DNA of 64,000 nucleotides from Dimorphilus gyrociliatus (Eukaryota; Animalia; Annelida): the NCBI GenBank assembly GCA_904063045.1, contig CAJFCJ010000096.1, positions 1-64,000 on the forward strand, written 5' to 3'. Below are positions 10,197 to 22,240 of the stretch, piece by piece (position 1 is the first letter of the stretch; each line of letters starts with the position of its first letter). Below the pieces are notes generated by a model. That model made no database searches. It worked only from the letters and a program-made list of their open reading frames with translations, and was not told where the DNA came from. Position numbers and translations under genes: made by a program.

Positions 10197-10952
10197 TTAC
10201 CAAATGAGCTTATTCAGAAATGTAAAATGACAGCTTACCGGAAATGGAATAGCACAAAATATTTCTAAATCAGCATTTTTCAATTCGAAAACCTCTTCGC
10301 TATTCAACCTTATTTGATTTTTTGACCAAGCATCAAAAGAGTATTTGAATTTTTTTTTACCTTGAATAACATTTGAAAAATATTCATTTTCAGGTGAAAT
10401 ATCATCTAAATGATCAAAGAAGAAATGAATTTTTCTTTCTTGTAATTTATAATATTCTAACATCCATTCAAACAGTTCATTTGAAAACCAAGAAGCTTTA
10501 CTGTCAACTTCTCTTCTTATTAGTGTTAAATAATCATCCTGACCTTTCACCTTTCTCAAATCTAATTTAATTATTAGATCAAAAGGACAGGAAATTTCTT
10601 CTTCTGTATCAAAAATAGAAATATATTGCATGTGTGATAATACTAACATGTGACTATAATCTTGGCTATGGAAATTTCTCAAATTTTTATTGTTTGTATA
10701 TATTCTAAAAGCTGTGTCTTTCCATAAACTACTTTTGTCCATTGAAGAAAAAAGTTCACATTCCACGTAATTTGTAAGATAATCACATATCTGATTTAAA
10801 AGAATAGTAGCAGTATTTCTATTTGATAACTTCTCTAATTCTTTGCATATTTCAACTATATTCTTTTCAGAATTAAATTCTTTGGCCACTTCACCATACA
10901 CATCTTCTAGTTGATCTTTAAACTTAATAATCGGACATTCTCTTGGATTCAT
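10197..10952 (-). CDS. Degenerate NACHT-like module 1
   Basis: DLIIKLDLRKVK, Walker-B-like IHFFFDHLDD, VIQGKKKF; no Walker A. Donor CCG|gtaagc at ~10238. Confidence 0.65.
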   Translation of the reverse strand: MNPRECPIIKFKDQLEDVYGEVAKEFNSEKNIVEICKELEKLSNRNTATILLNQICDYLTNYVECELFSSMDKSSLWKDTAFRIYTNNKNLRNFHSQDYSHMLVLSHMQYISIFDTEEEISCPFDLIIKLDLRKVKGQDDYLTLIRREVDSKASWFSNELFEWMLEYYKLQERKIHFFFDHLDDISPENEYFSNVIQGKKKFKYSFDAWSKNQIRLNSEEVFELKNADLEIFCAIPFPVSCHFTFLNKLIW

Positions 10953-11409
10953 AACTAAACACTATAATAACTTTACTCATGCAAATAAATACTACTCCAG
11001 TTAGCAATATACAATATCCCATGGGCCAAAAATTACAAAAGTCTTTGTAATTGATTATAAAGATAAAGAGTTATGTAGTTTCGTTTTCTGTGACTCACCA
11101 TGCTCACTCAATATCTGAAATGCTCTTAAGCAATACTACAGTACAGGTAACCTATTTTTGAACGCTCAGCTATTTTCTATTTTAGTTAAAATATTTTTTC
11201 TTTAACATTAACTTTACAATCGAATAATTAGACATGGAAATTTGCCACTTTGTAATCAACATATTCAATTAATTAAATCTTCAAATTTCACTGTTTAAGT
11301 ATCAAAAAAAATTTTATTCTGAAAAAATTACACAAAGTGCCCGATATCCTATTTTTGAACAATAATTGAATTATTGGGTACGGTTTGACCCAGGTACGGT
11401 TTCACCCGT

Positions 11410-11560
11410 AAATGAGGTTACTGAACCTAACATACTATTTCCTGTTCCTAAATGGGGTGGAGATGATTATAAAGTTATTTCAATTGAGGAATGCTTTGCT
11501 GTTTGCAATTCCTATGAAGAATGCAAGTATGTTAATTCGTGACAGAAACAAAAATGTACT
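11410..11560 (+). pseudogene. Orphan duplicate of a PAN-gene exon 1
   Basis: Highly similar to 13963-14118 (KVISIEECFAVCNSYEECK plus donor) but lacks the signal peptide and downstream exons. Confidence 0.7.
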
Positions 11561-12210
11561 AATATAGTTACTATATACTACTGTTACTACTTACGCCCTG
11601 CTTTTATACAATTCCTTATCAGTTGTTTTTATGCCTTAGCTGTTAAAAACAAGGGTCTAACCCCAGATAATGATTGTTTACAACAAACAGGGTCAAGAGT
11701 TATCATATTATGCAATAGTGATGTAAACAACAACAACTTTGTGTCAAGGGTCAATTCTTACATCATATTTATGTAAATAAACGCTTGTTGTTGTTGTCAA
11801 CATGCTTTGTTATGTAATACCTTTGCTTATAAAAGGGGTTGATTCTGGCAGTTAGGTACCATCTACCCCAGAGGAAGTATCTACTTCAACACTTCTACCA
11901 TATGGTAAGTATTATTTATAAAATATCTATAAAATATAGTTTATAAGCGTACAAAAATTATTTTTCTTAAATAGAATTATGTTGTTTAAAGGGTATTTTA
12001 TGTAATTTCATACAACATTTGTTTTTTTCAGATTTTTAAAGTACTTTTTTTTAATTTTAGACAACAAGTACTTTTTGCAATTAAATTATATAATTTAAAA
12101 ATGGCCATATATATCTATACAAACATGTTTCTTATCTAAATAGTTTTTAAAACATTTGAGTTTAGAACAAATCTTACTTCGCAGATAATTACTTACATTT
12201 CTTTGTCAAA

Positions 12211-13140
12211 ATGAAATATCAATCACAAATTAGAGACCTAGCAAGGCGGAAAAAAGGTGAAATGACCTACAAAGAACTTGAGGCAGACTTGAAAATCTCA
12301 AAACTTTCACTCCAGTATATCTGTGAGAACAAAAGAGAAGGAAAACCTGACAGAAGGGGAAGACCACCCAAAGCCAATGACAGAGTGAAGACATTGATTA
12401 AGAGAGAGTGTATAAGATTGCAGGAAAACAAAGAGTTGGCAACTGCTGAAAAAATTAAGGATAATTTAAGCCTGGATGTTTCTGAAAGAACCATTCTGAG
12501 GATTCTAAATAAAAATAGAGCAAAGTATCTGTCTATTTTGAAGGTATGCCCTTTGTCAGCAAGAGCAAAAAGCACACAGTTAAGTATACTTGGTAGATGG
12601 GTTCAGAGCCAAATTGAATACAAAAAAGTTGGCAAATATGCAAAAAAAACTTTTAAAGAGGCAAATGGTTCCCTAAATATATGGGGTTTTATAAAAAGTG
12701 ATGGCAGCAGAGGTTTATATAAAAGTAATTTAAATTTGGAGAAATATCGAGAAATTCTTGATAAATCTGTTTTAGAGAATTATAATAGAGACCATGTATT
12801 CGTACAGGATAGTGCTCCATGCCATACATCAAGGGGTACCTTGAGGTATCCAAATGAAAAGAACATAAGGCACTTGGAAGACTGGACAGACCAGAGTCCA
12901 GACCTAAATCCTATTGAAAATTTATGGTCATACCTAAAAGGAAGGGTTGGTAAACATATGTGCACAAATATAGATGATCTATGGAGGGCAACACAGCAAG
13001 AATTCAACAATATGAATATGTTGAAAAATTGTTTAATAGTTTTAGAAAGAGGCTACAGATGTGTCTTTTCAATAAGGTTGTCATACTAATATCTAAACTA
13101 AAAATTTTACGAGGTGGCTGGGGACTTTTTGCCCATACTG
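12211..13140 (+). mobile_element. Tc1-like (DD35E) element, internally deleted
   Basis: N-terminal HTH region (GRPPK..RTILRIL), then QDSAPCH...QSPDLNPIENLW. The first catalytic Asp region is missing. The right end is ...GCCCATACTG|TA. Confidence 0.85.
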
Positions 13141-13329
13141 TATATATATAACTTTACATAGTCATCATAATTGTTAAATTGACATTTATAAAAAAAGGAG
13201 AGTTGCTTCTTGTAACAACAATGGGTTTATCTTCTCTCAAAAATTTATGATAAATTCCTAAAGAAGAGAAGAGAGTATATTAAATTATATTCTCCTATTA
13301 TCTCAGATTAGAGCCATAACTCTGTCCTT

Positions 13330-13480
13330 ATTTTCATTGTTACTGGCTGTTCTTGGGCGTCCTGGTCTCTCTTCATCAAGAATATTTGTTCTTCCTCCTT
13401 TAAATTCTCTAACCCACTTTCTTATTGAACCTTCACTAAGTGTTGTACTACCAGAAAAAGCTTTCATCATCCATTAACAA
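13330..13480 (-). mobile_element. Mariner-type N-terminal HTH relic
   Basis: SIRKWVREFKGGRTNILDEERPGRPRT; homologous to 34500-34700 and 37300-37500. Confidence 0.65.
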
Positions 13481-13873
13481 TGAAACTGTACCTAACAGTT
13501 TCTAATAGAACTTGTTTTACTTTTCTTGCCAGCTTCCATTTAGGAAGTTTTTGTGGGCCAAATAACTTTACGCATGCAAATAAATATCCTTTTGAGAAAC
13601 TTTATGTTAGTTTTTTAGTTATCCCCACTAACCTTTACAATTTACAATTGTTGAAAACCATAGAGTTCATTTATAAATAAAAAAAGGATTTTTAAAAGTC
13701 AAATGTTTTCATTATCATAATGTCTAAATCCAAAAACACAAACACTACCTATAAATAATAAGATAGGAATGAATACTTGACTATCTACCTGTTCATTCCG
13801 AGTTTTTGCATATAATCAAGTTTTATTTAAAAAAAATTTCTATTGCTGTTGTCACATATCCATTCGTGGAAGA

Positions 13874-14545
13874 ATGAAACTGTTATTTCAAAGTTTTTCC
13901 TATATTATCATATTTTTTCAATACTTTACTGAACAAGAACTTCTTGGTTTTAAACAGTATGAGAATGAGGTTGTTGAACCTAATGTAAGATTCAGTGTTC
14001 CTGAATGGAGTGGAGATAATTTTAAAGTTATTTCAATTGAGGAATGTTTTGCTGTTTGCAATTCCTATGAAGAATGCAAGTAAGTTAATTCGTGACAGAA
14101 ACAAAAAAGTACTAAATATATTTGGAATTTTTTAGGGCAATTGATTATAAAATGGCAACAAAACGTTGTCATTTAAAGAGTTCATATACAGGCAAGAGCT
14201 ATCGTGATAACTTTGTATTATTTGTGAAAGATACACAACCTCAATTATCGGACAACTTTTATCATATTTGGGAGAATAAGGTAGTTGTTTCAGACCCACC
14301 CTTTGTTTCTCCCATATGGAATACTGATTATAAAGCAGTAAGTCTTGATGTCTGTTTAAAAGAATGTAATTTGCATTCCGGATGCAAGTCAGTAATATTT
14401 TTCTGTTCCATTATGAATACAATTTATATAACTATTCTTTTCAGAGCTATTGATTATGTTTTGGCATCTAGAAATTGCTCTTTAAAAACTCAATATACAA
14501 ACTACAAATTCTTTGAAGCAGGTCTACTCTACATAAAAGGTGCTT
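13874..14545 (+). CDS. Secreted/membrane protein with tandem PAN/apple domains
   Basis: Signal peptide MKLLFQSFSYIIIFFQ; ECFAVCNSYEECK|AIDYKMATKRCHLK and VCLKECNLHSGCK|AIDYVLASRNCSLK. Both phase-2 GT-AG introns check out. Confidence 0.75.
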
Positions 14546-15664
14546 TTTGTAAATAATAATTCAATGATTGAAACTTTTTCCTACATTTCCTAACATTTCA
14601 TAAAAGTAACGTTATCAATAATTCATTTGACATTTTTATCAAAAGAAAATAGTTCAGACAAGGGCTACTGATATGCAAGTGGTAATATATCAGGGTTAGG
14701 GTTTTTTTTTCATAAAATTTATACTTCACATTTCAATTTTTGGGGTTTCTGGTTGAGCAGTAGAAGACCAGTAAAATATTTGGGGAATGCTAACTGTAAA
14801 ATATGCGATGAAAATGATTTGGCTTATCCAGTTGAGCTATTTAGTGATCGTAGAAATTCCCTAAAAGGGTTTAATAAGGTAAGAGAGTAGAAGATAATCT
14901 TTTTTCAATCTTAATTCTGTAAAGATAAATCTTTTCTCTAAATATAGACATTTGTTCCCCGAAAAGGTCAAACACTTCATCTATATCATGTTCATTTAAG
15001 ACATAGTTGCCAATTAACTGAAGAAAATGGTACTTTAATAACAAAATATGATGGTTTACCAAAGATAGCACTTTCTTGTTCAGCGAATTATGAAAGATTC
15101 TATTTGAAAATTGATGCAGTTCTCTTAGGTTTCTTTTTTCTTCAACTTAAATAATACATTGAGTAATTATCTCTCATTGGCTCTATTATAATTTCAGTTG
15201 AATGTAAACTTTCCAATGTCTGCCTATCATCAACCAATTCCATAAAGCTGTCTATCCACTTTTATGATGTACAAAATATGATAGAACTGTTTAACGTTTA
15301 ACCTCTATAGTATCACTAAATCCTATTAGCATTATTATAAAAAACAATTGGTTTGAGAATTTCTTAACAGAATTTCAATTTCAAAATGGCGTCCTTAGAT
15401 CTTTGATAAAATTATATGAAGTTGGAGTCTATGATAATACATCTGATAGGAACTAATCCCAGAATGATTGGATTATACTAAACTTCAGGTGAGATAATGT
15501 GAGGCAGGAATTTATAGTTGAATAATTTATTTGCAAAGCGATCCATTAAATTTTTTCTTTTACTTTTAAAATAATCATTTGTAACACAAATAAGAAATAT
15601 AGTGTGGGATAGATCTAGCAATCCTTGTTCAAGTAAAGCAACATTTTATGTTTATATTGAATAG

Positions 15665-15973
15665 GGTGATAAAATAGAGACAATTGAAAGCACTACTAAA
15701 TTAGAAGAAACTCAACATTTAGCTACTGATAAACAATTTATCACTACAAGAAATTTAAATGAATTTCAACCAGATTCATCAGATTACAAAACTGAATCAG
15801 CAGATATGGTTACAGAAAATCACATAGCTATTCAACAAGGCTATCACAGTTATTTAATTATTGGTATTAGTAGCTCAACTGCTTCAATAATTATTGCCTT
15901 AATTTCAATTCTATACACAGTTTATCAAAAAAAAAGTAGTTTTAATTCAAAAAGAAATTTTAGTATAAATTGA
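15665..15973 (+). CDS. Terminal exon: Thr-rich stalk, TM helix and short tail (parent gene uncertain, possibly the PAN gene)
   Basis: Open frame GDKIETIESTTK...YLIIGISSSTASIIIALISILYTVYQKKSS...SIN* after an acceptor. Confidence 0.55.
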   Translation, partial: GDKIETIESTTKLEETQHLATDKQFITTRNLNEFQPDSSDYKTESADMVTENHIAIQQGYHSYLIIGISSSTASIIIALISILYTVYQKKSSFNSKRNFSIN

Positions 15974-16037
15974 GTTGATATTTTAGAAAATTTATTATTT
16001 GCTATAAAAATTTCCGTCTTCTGTTCAACAACAAAAC

Positions 16038-16996
16038 ATGAAGTTGACTGAAGCGTTTGCTTTATTATTAAGCTGTGTAATCTGCTTTATATCAGGTGGA
16101 GAGAGAATAAGAGATTTTGAATTTTTTTCATATTTTATGTCTATCTATTCAATTAATTCATTATTTCTCTATTTTAAGTTGAAGGACAAGATCTTTTTGG
16201 ATTTAATGTCATCTCTGATAAAATTTCGTCGTAAACTTCTTTTGAAAATTCAGTTAAAAGTTTAAACAGTTGTCTTCAAAATGCTGCCTTTATAGCCAAT
16301 CGAAATGCTATTATTTTTATGGAGGTAATGAGAATAATTTAAAATCCCAAATAGGAGCTAAAACATATTTCAGAAATATGGACATTTAGTCTCTAAACAT
16401 AAAAATTTGAAATATTCAATATTCACTGTCAAAACAAACAAACAATCAACAGAAATGCTACCATATTATAATTGATCAAAGATGCTCTGCGGGAAAAGAT
16501 ATGAAAATTATATCTAATGGCACAGTGGAGAAATGCTCGAATTATTGTGCTAACAACAGTCAATGCCTTGGTTTTTCAATCAATTATAAGAGAAAGATCT
16601 GCTGGAACAAGCATACAGTAAAGAGCTCATTCCTTTTTACTGATAGACCAAACAATTCATTTTTTCGGAAAAATGTTAAGAGTTTGTATTACAACTTTTT
16701 TATTTTTTTCTCTGATTCTACTCTATTCCTTTCTCCAACCAGATTTCCCAATCAGAGGCTTTACCAAACTTGACTATTCATTTACAATTAGAAATTATGA
16801 TGCTGTTGTACACGATGGAAGAGATTTTTCCAAATGCCCAAGTGAATGTGAAAAAAGGAGTTGGTGCGTAGGATTCCAAATATATTATAATACATGCCGA
16901 CTTGTTAAAACTGTACTCTACCCTGTGCACTCTTTTGACAAGCCATTATTCATGAGAAATACAAAACGAAGCTCTTGGCAGAATAAATTCAAATAA
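16038..16996 (+). CDS. Second PAN/apple-domain gene (multi-exon)
   Basis: Signal-like MKLTEAFALLLSCVICFISG; EKCSNYCANNSQCLGFSINYKRKICW and SKCPSECEKRSWCVGFQIYYNTCRL. Confidence 0.65.
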
Positions 16997-17147
16997 TTCA
17001 ATTTATCTGAAAAATATTAATATAGTAAAAGCAAGTCTAATACAACTGCAGTGAAATTTCAGAAATACTAAGTCTCTCATTTTTTGTTAAACCTAAAAGG
17101 TTATACTGTAATTGCGTCAAAATTATGCAAACTTTTTTTGCAGTTTT

Positions 17148-19286
17148 TTAAAATTCTATTTGAATTTTTGAGAAATTTTTAAACATGTTCAAAACTCTTT
17201 TACATTCCTCCTCATTCAAATTACAACCAAGGAAATTAATTTCCTTTAAAGCGTTTGCAGATTGAACAAGTCCACTGCAAATATCAAATAATCCATTTCC
17301 CATCTGTTGATTTCGTTTTAAATTAATTATCTCTAATTTAAAACAATATTTTAACAGATTTCCAATTTGTTTACACTGTTCTTCATTTAGATTGCAACCG
17401 AGAAAATCCATTTCCTTCAAATGACTGGAGGATTTGATAAGTCCACTGCAAATTTCAAATAATCCATTTCCCATCTGTTGATTTCGTTTTAAATTTATTA
17501 CTTCTATTCTGGAGCAATTTTTCAAAAGATTTCCAATTATTCTGCATTCTTCTTCATTTAAATTGCAGTCTAGAAAGTTAACAACCCTCAAATTGTTTGC
17601 AGATTGAACGAGTCCGCTGCAAATATCAAATAATCCATTTCCCATATTTCCATTACCTCCAAAATGGATTTTTTCAATGTTGGAACAATATTCAAACAAT
17701 TTTCCAATCTTTCTGCATTGTTGCTCATTCAGATCACACCAAAGAAAATTTATCTCTTTTAAAGAATTTGACGATTGAAGGAGTACTTTACAAATATCAA
17801 ATAATCCATTTCCCATTTGTTGATTCCATTCAAAATTGATTGTTTCTATATTTGAACAATTTTCAAATAGATTTCCAATCATTTTACATTCATTTTCATT
17901 TAAATTACACCAGAAAAATATCACATGTTTTAAAGAATTCGATGATTGGACGAGTCCATTGCAAATATTTGATAGACCATTTCCCATATTTTCATTTCCT
18001 CCGATATTAATGGTTTCAATTTTTGAACAACGTTTGAGTAGTTTGCCAATATGCTTACAATGTTCTTCATTTAAATTACACCAAATAAAATTCAAATCCT
18101 TCAAAGTGCTCACAGCTTGTTCAAGTCCATCGCAAATCTGTAATAATCCATTTTCCATCATTAGATTTCCACCAAGATGAATTGTCTCTAATTGAGAGCA
18201 TTTTTTAAACAATTTTCCAACCATTCTATTTTGTTCATCATTCAAATTACAACTAAAAAGGTTGATATTTTTCAAAGTATTGAATGATTGTTCAAGTCCA
18301 TTGCAAATGTTAAAAAATCCATTATCCATTGTTTTATTATATCCAAGATTGATACTTTCAATGGTTGAGCAATGTTTCAAGAGATTTCCAATTTTAATGC
18401 TCAATTCCTTTTCTAAATTGCAGCAATTCTCCAAATTAACATTTACTGTTTTATGCTTAGAAAGTTGTATAGTTTTCCAGATTATTCTCAATTCTTTCTC
18501 TCCAACAAATCTCTTTGACAAGTCAATCAAATTTGATGAATTTTTTATTTTATCTTCATCAGTCTGCTGACAGGAATTTTCCGTTTGAATTTCCAATAAA
18601 TTTCCAGCAATATCAATACTTTTCATAACATTGGAATTATTTTGAATATGGCAATTTATTTGTATATTTTCAACAATTTGTATTTCTAACTTTTTAAAAT
18701 TATGTAAAAAATCTTCAACTTCAATATTTTCATTAAAAATTGAATTATAATATTTCTGTCTTGTTTTATTTGTATTTTTAATGATTTTTCTAATATTTTG
18801 AAATTCATTTTGAAGTTTTGCTGTTGCTTTTTTCTCGTGTTCATCAATTTTTCTTTGAAGATTTTCTTCATTCTCTGTTTCTTCTTTAAGGAAATTTTCA
18901 ATTTGTTGTTTTCTGCTTTCAAATTTTGACATTGAAAAAATTTTGCAATTTTTATGATCTTTATCTAAACATTTTAGGCATATATTTTCAATATTTTCAG
19001 TTTGACAATAGAGTAATAATTCCTCTTGATGAATTTTACACAAATTATTGCCTATAGATGGCGGTAGTTGTATTGAAGGTTTAAAAAAACTTTTTGGTAA
19101 TTTGTTTACCTGATTTCCAGGTATTCTTCCAGTTTCTATGCACTGAGGACAAATAATTTCAAAATTTCTTCTTTCTAATCTATCTATGCATTTTAAACAA
19201 ATCACATGTTGACAAAACAGAAATACAGATTCATCATCTTTCCAAATATCTAAACAATTTACGCACTGTAGTTCATTGGTAGCCAT
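17148..19286 (-). CDS. TRIM-like protein: RING, B-box, coiled coil and RI-type LRRs (single exon, 712 aa)
   Basis: C3HC4 RING (CVNC..CQHVICLKC..CPQC), B-box-2 (CKIHQEELLLYC..CLKC..DH), a Glu/Lys-rich coil, then about eight 57-aa LRR double units. Confidence 0.9.
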   Translation of the reverse strand: MATNELQCVNCLDIWKDDESVFLFCQHVICLKCIDRLERRNFEIICPQCIETGRIPGNQVNKLPKSFFKPSIQLPPSIGNNLCKIHQEELLLYCQTENIENICLKCLDKDHKNCKIFSMSKFESRKQQIENFLKEETENEENLQRKIDEHEKKATAKLQNEFQNIRKIIKNTNKTRQKYYNSIFNENIEVEDFLHNFKKLEIQIVENIQINCHIQNNSNVMKSIDIAGNLLEIQTENSCQQTDEDKIKNSSNLIDLSKRFVGEKELRIIWKTIQLSKHKTVNVNLENCCNLEKELSIKIGNLLKHCSTIESINLGYNKTMDNGFFNICNGLEQSFNTLKNINLFSCNLNDEQNRMVGKLFKKCSQLETIHLGGNLMMENGLLQICDGLEQAVSTLKDLNFIWCNLNEEHCKHIGKLLKRCSKIETINIGGNENMGNGLSNICNGLVQSSNSLKHVIFFWCNLNENECKMIGNLFENCSNIETINFEWNQQMGNGLFDICKVLLQSSNSLKEINFLWCDLNEQQCRKIGKLFEYCSNIEKIHFGGNGNMGNGLFDICSGLVQSANNLRVVNFLDCNLNEEECRIIGNLLKNCSRIEVINLKRNQQMGNGLFEICSGLIKSSSHLKEMDFLGCNLNEEQCKQIGNLLKYCFKLEIINLKRNQQMGNGLFDICSGLVQSANALKEINFLGCNLNEEECKRVLNMFKNFSKIQIEF

Positions 19287-20414
19287 TTTGAAGCTGTCTG
19301 CTCGATAAGAAAATATTTACTTTTCCTACCATTTTAAATTTAAAAAAAAGAAATAAACAGTATTGCATTTAATTGTTTTGTAATTAATTAATTTTTGTTA
19401 ATATTGTTGTTGGTATTTTTAAACTATTTAAAAAATATCGTATTGACAGAAAGTAATCAATTAACAGATTACACAGAGATTATATCACTAGAATTGAAGG
19501 ATGATACAGTTGAGGTCTGCCTAAAATATGTTATCAGGTTCAAAATCTATGAAAATTTTATAGATATTTTATATTTTTTTTAGTATAACTGAAATCTTAA
19601 TTCTTTTAACTCCATTTCAGAATTTTTCTTCCCTGAACCTAACCAATCCAATCTAACCTTAGCCTAAAAGTGTTGGTTTTGATACAATTCCTTGGTGTTT
19701 TGCTCTTGAGTTCACTTTGTCTGTTATTGCAATTTTTTATTTCTTTATAAACTCAATAGTAGCTCCATCTATCAAGGGCTAACATTCTGCTGTAGGCTTA
19801 GAAAAATGTTAATTTTATTCATTTATGTTGATATTAAGACCAAAGTGAAGGTCTAATTTTTAGCCTTCTTGTAGTTGATAGTAACTCAACAGTGGCTCCA
19901 TCTGTCATAATAAAATTATATTTTTATATAATTCTAACAAAAAGTGATATCACTACACGAGTTTACTCTAAAGGTCTTTTGTCAGAAACCAAAGCAAAAT
20001 TATTGAATATGTTCGAAGTAGCAGTAAAATTGCACGATCTACTGCAAAGTAGCTAAAACAATTATTCTTACAAACAATGAGAGAGCAAGCGAGGCAAAAA
20101 GATTTAAATATTTAAAAATCTTTTTTATGAATGTAATTAAACCTTTAACAAATGTTTTTCTTTAGTGTTGGTTTGTAACAGATAAATATTTAATGAGCAT
20201 GTATAAAAGTCAATATTAATATTTATTTTTCTATAAAATATCAATAGAATATCCAAATAAACTGCAAATTCTTATATTTTGAACAATTGATAGAAGAGAA
20301 ATGCAGATTAATAAAGCTTTCATATGCTTTTCATCAATTTTTTACATACAATCCCAGAGAGAGAGAGAAAGAGAGTGTAAGAGAATTATTTTCAAAAGAT
20401 CTATCGTATTTGTC

Positions 20415-22240
20415 ATGTTGAAAGATATTTTCATTTTTCTTCAATTAGCAAGTTTGTTTTGTTTGTTTTTCTCACTTTAAAAAATGTTCTTATTAATTTT
20501 ACTGTTTTTGCTGTTTGTCGACAGTACATATGTACTCTTTGCCAAGTGAAGAGGATAATCTCATTAGAAATAATCCTTCTTATCAAAGTACAACAAATCT
20601 CGGCTCGTTAATTAACGTTTATTGGGCTTATAAGGCCAATGACGATAGGATTTTTTTTGGCCATGTTAATAATATATACGAAGGTAGTTATACAAGCAGA
20701 AACATTCCTGAAAAAAGTTGGTGGATGGTTGATCTTCGTAATTCTTATGAAGTAACGTCTGTTTGCGTTGCGAATAGAGCTGAAGATGGACACTATAGTA
20801 CTCAAATCTTTAACATATACGTCAAAAATGCCATTTATTTTCTTTGATTTTTTTTGTAGATGATTATTTAAAAAGTTTTAAAATATTCACAAAACTTCAT
20901 CCGAACGATAATGAAGGTAAATATTGCAATGAACGTGGATCTACACCAATACCAAAGGCTATACACAATCCGGAAGTAGATTATGTATGTTTCGATTGTC
21001 CATCAAATCCAACTGGATCATTTGTTGAAATAATACAAACTATAGTCGGCAGCCATTTTGGTATGTGTGATGTTAAAATCTTTGGAAATTTAAAATCGGA
21101 GAGAGGTAAAAAAGTAATAAAAAACTGCAAAAAAAAATTATTCCAGTTCTTTTTTTTATGTGTTTTGGCCAGACTTTCAAGTAATCGATCTATCAAATTC
21201 AAAATTATTTGAAAACCATTTAAATATCAATCATTTAAGAGATTTCAATCTGGCGACTGAGTTTGAGAAGTCATCTTCAAAAGATATATTTTTTAGAATT
21301 GATTTTCAGAGTATTATAAAAGTTAAAGGATTAATGATAATTGGTTCCCAATATGATGGTAAGTAAAAACAAAGGATTTAATGGTGTTTTCTGCCAAAAA
21401 TTCAAATTTGAATTTGTTTTAGATTCTGAGATGAAATTTACCAATGTCTATATTTCTGTTAGCAACACACCACATACAACTTTTAATAGAAATCTTGTAT
21501 TTCTTATTGAAAATTATATTCCAAATGTATTTGCCAAGTATAAAACTCATAAATTGTTTTCAAATACCACCGTTTCGGGAAGATATTTACTTATGAATAT
21601 TTATAATCCCAATGTATTGGATTTTAAAATATCTATGACAGAGCTCACCGTTTATGGACATACTGTTGGTCAAATTAGAGGTTCAAAACTTCACGCCTAC
21701 TGACCTATATATTTGAAAAATTTCTTCTTTCCAGAAAGCAGAAATAATATAAAAACTATTACTTATAAATCTTCAGATGTTACCGCTATACTTACTGATA
21801 GTGTATACAATAACAATGGAGTTGGTGATCACGTGACACTCACAAAAGACGATAAACTTTTTATAGTACCAGCATTCACATCAATTTTAACAATTTGTTT
21901 AACGCGTAAGTAGGATTTATGTGGAAGAGAAAAAATAATCAAAAATTTCACTCTTTTTCTATTTACAGTATTAAATAACCAAACAACTGAAGGATTTCAA
22001 TTGATAGTCATGAAATTAAATAATGAAATTGAAAAAAACTTAACAATACCTGGAAATTATTCAACTTATCAAACTCTATGTGTAAATAATATAAGAATAG
22101 TTGAAACGACAGTTGAAATTTTATCTTTGGATGACAATCAAAAGTTATCTGAAATTGATTTCATAGATTTACATGGTGAGATTGTTCAATTTTTCAAATT
22201 ATTATTATTCATTTTGTCACATCTAGATATTATTTTTTAA
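20415..22240 (+). CDS. Secreted protein with F5/8 type C (F-type lectin/FTP-like) domain(s), multi-exon
   Basis: The signal exon MLKDIFIFLQLA splices in phase to NNPSYQSTT..AYKAND..SWWMVDLRNSYEVTSVCVANR. Downstream exons (GSFVEII..CDVKIFG; SGRYLL..TELTVYG) resemble further discoidin-type domains. The 3' end is uncertain. Confidence 0.7.

Noticed and set aside
14700-15270. Possible piggyBac or other transposase relic on the minus strand
   Set aside because: Only a vague IDE..F.G match and many stops; not supportable.
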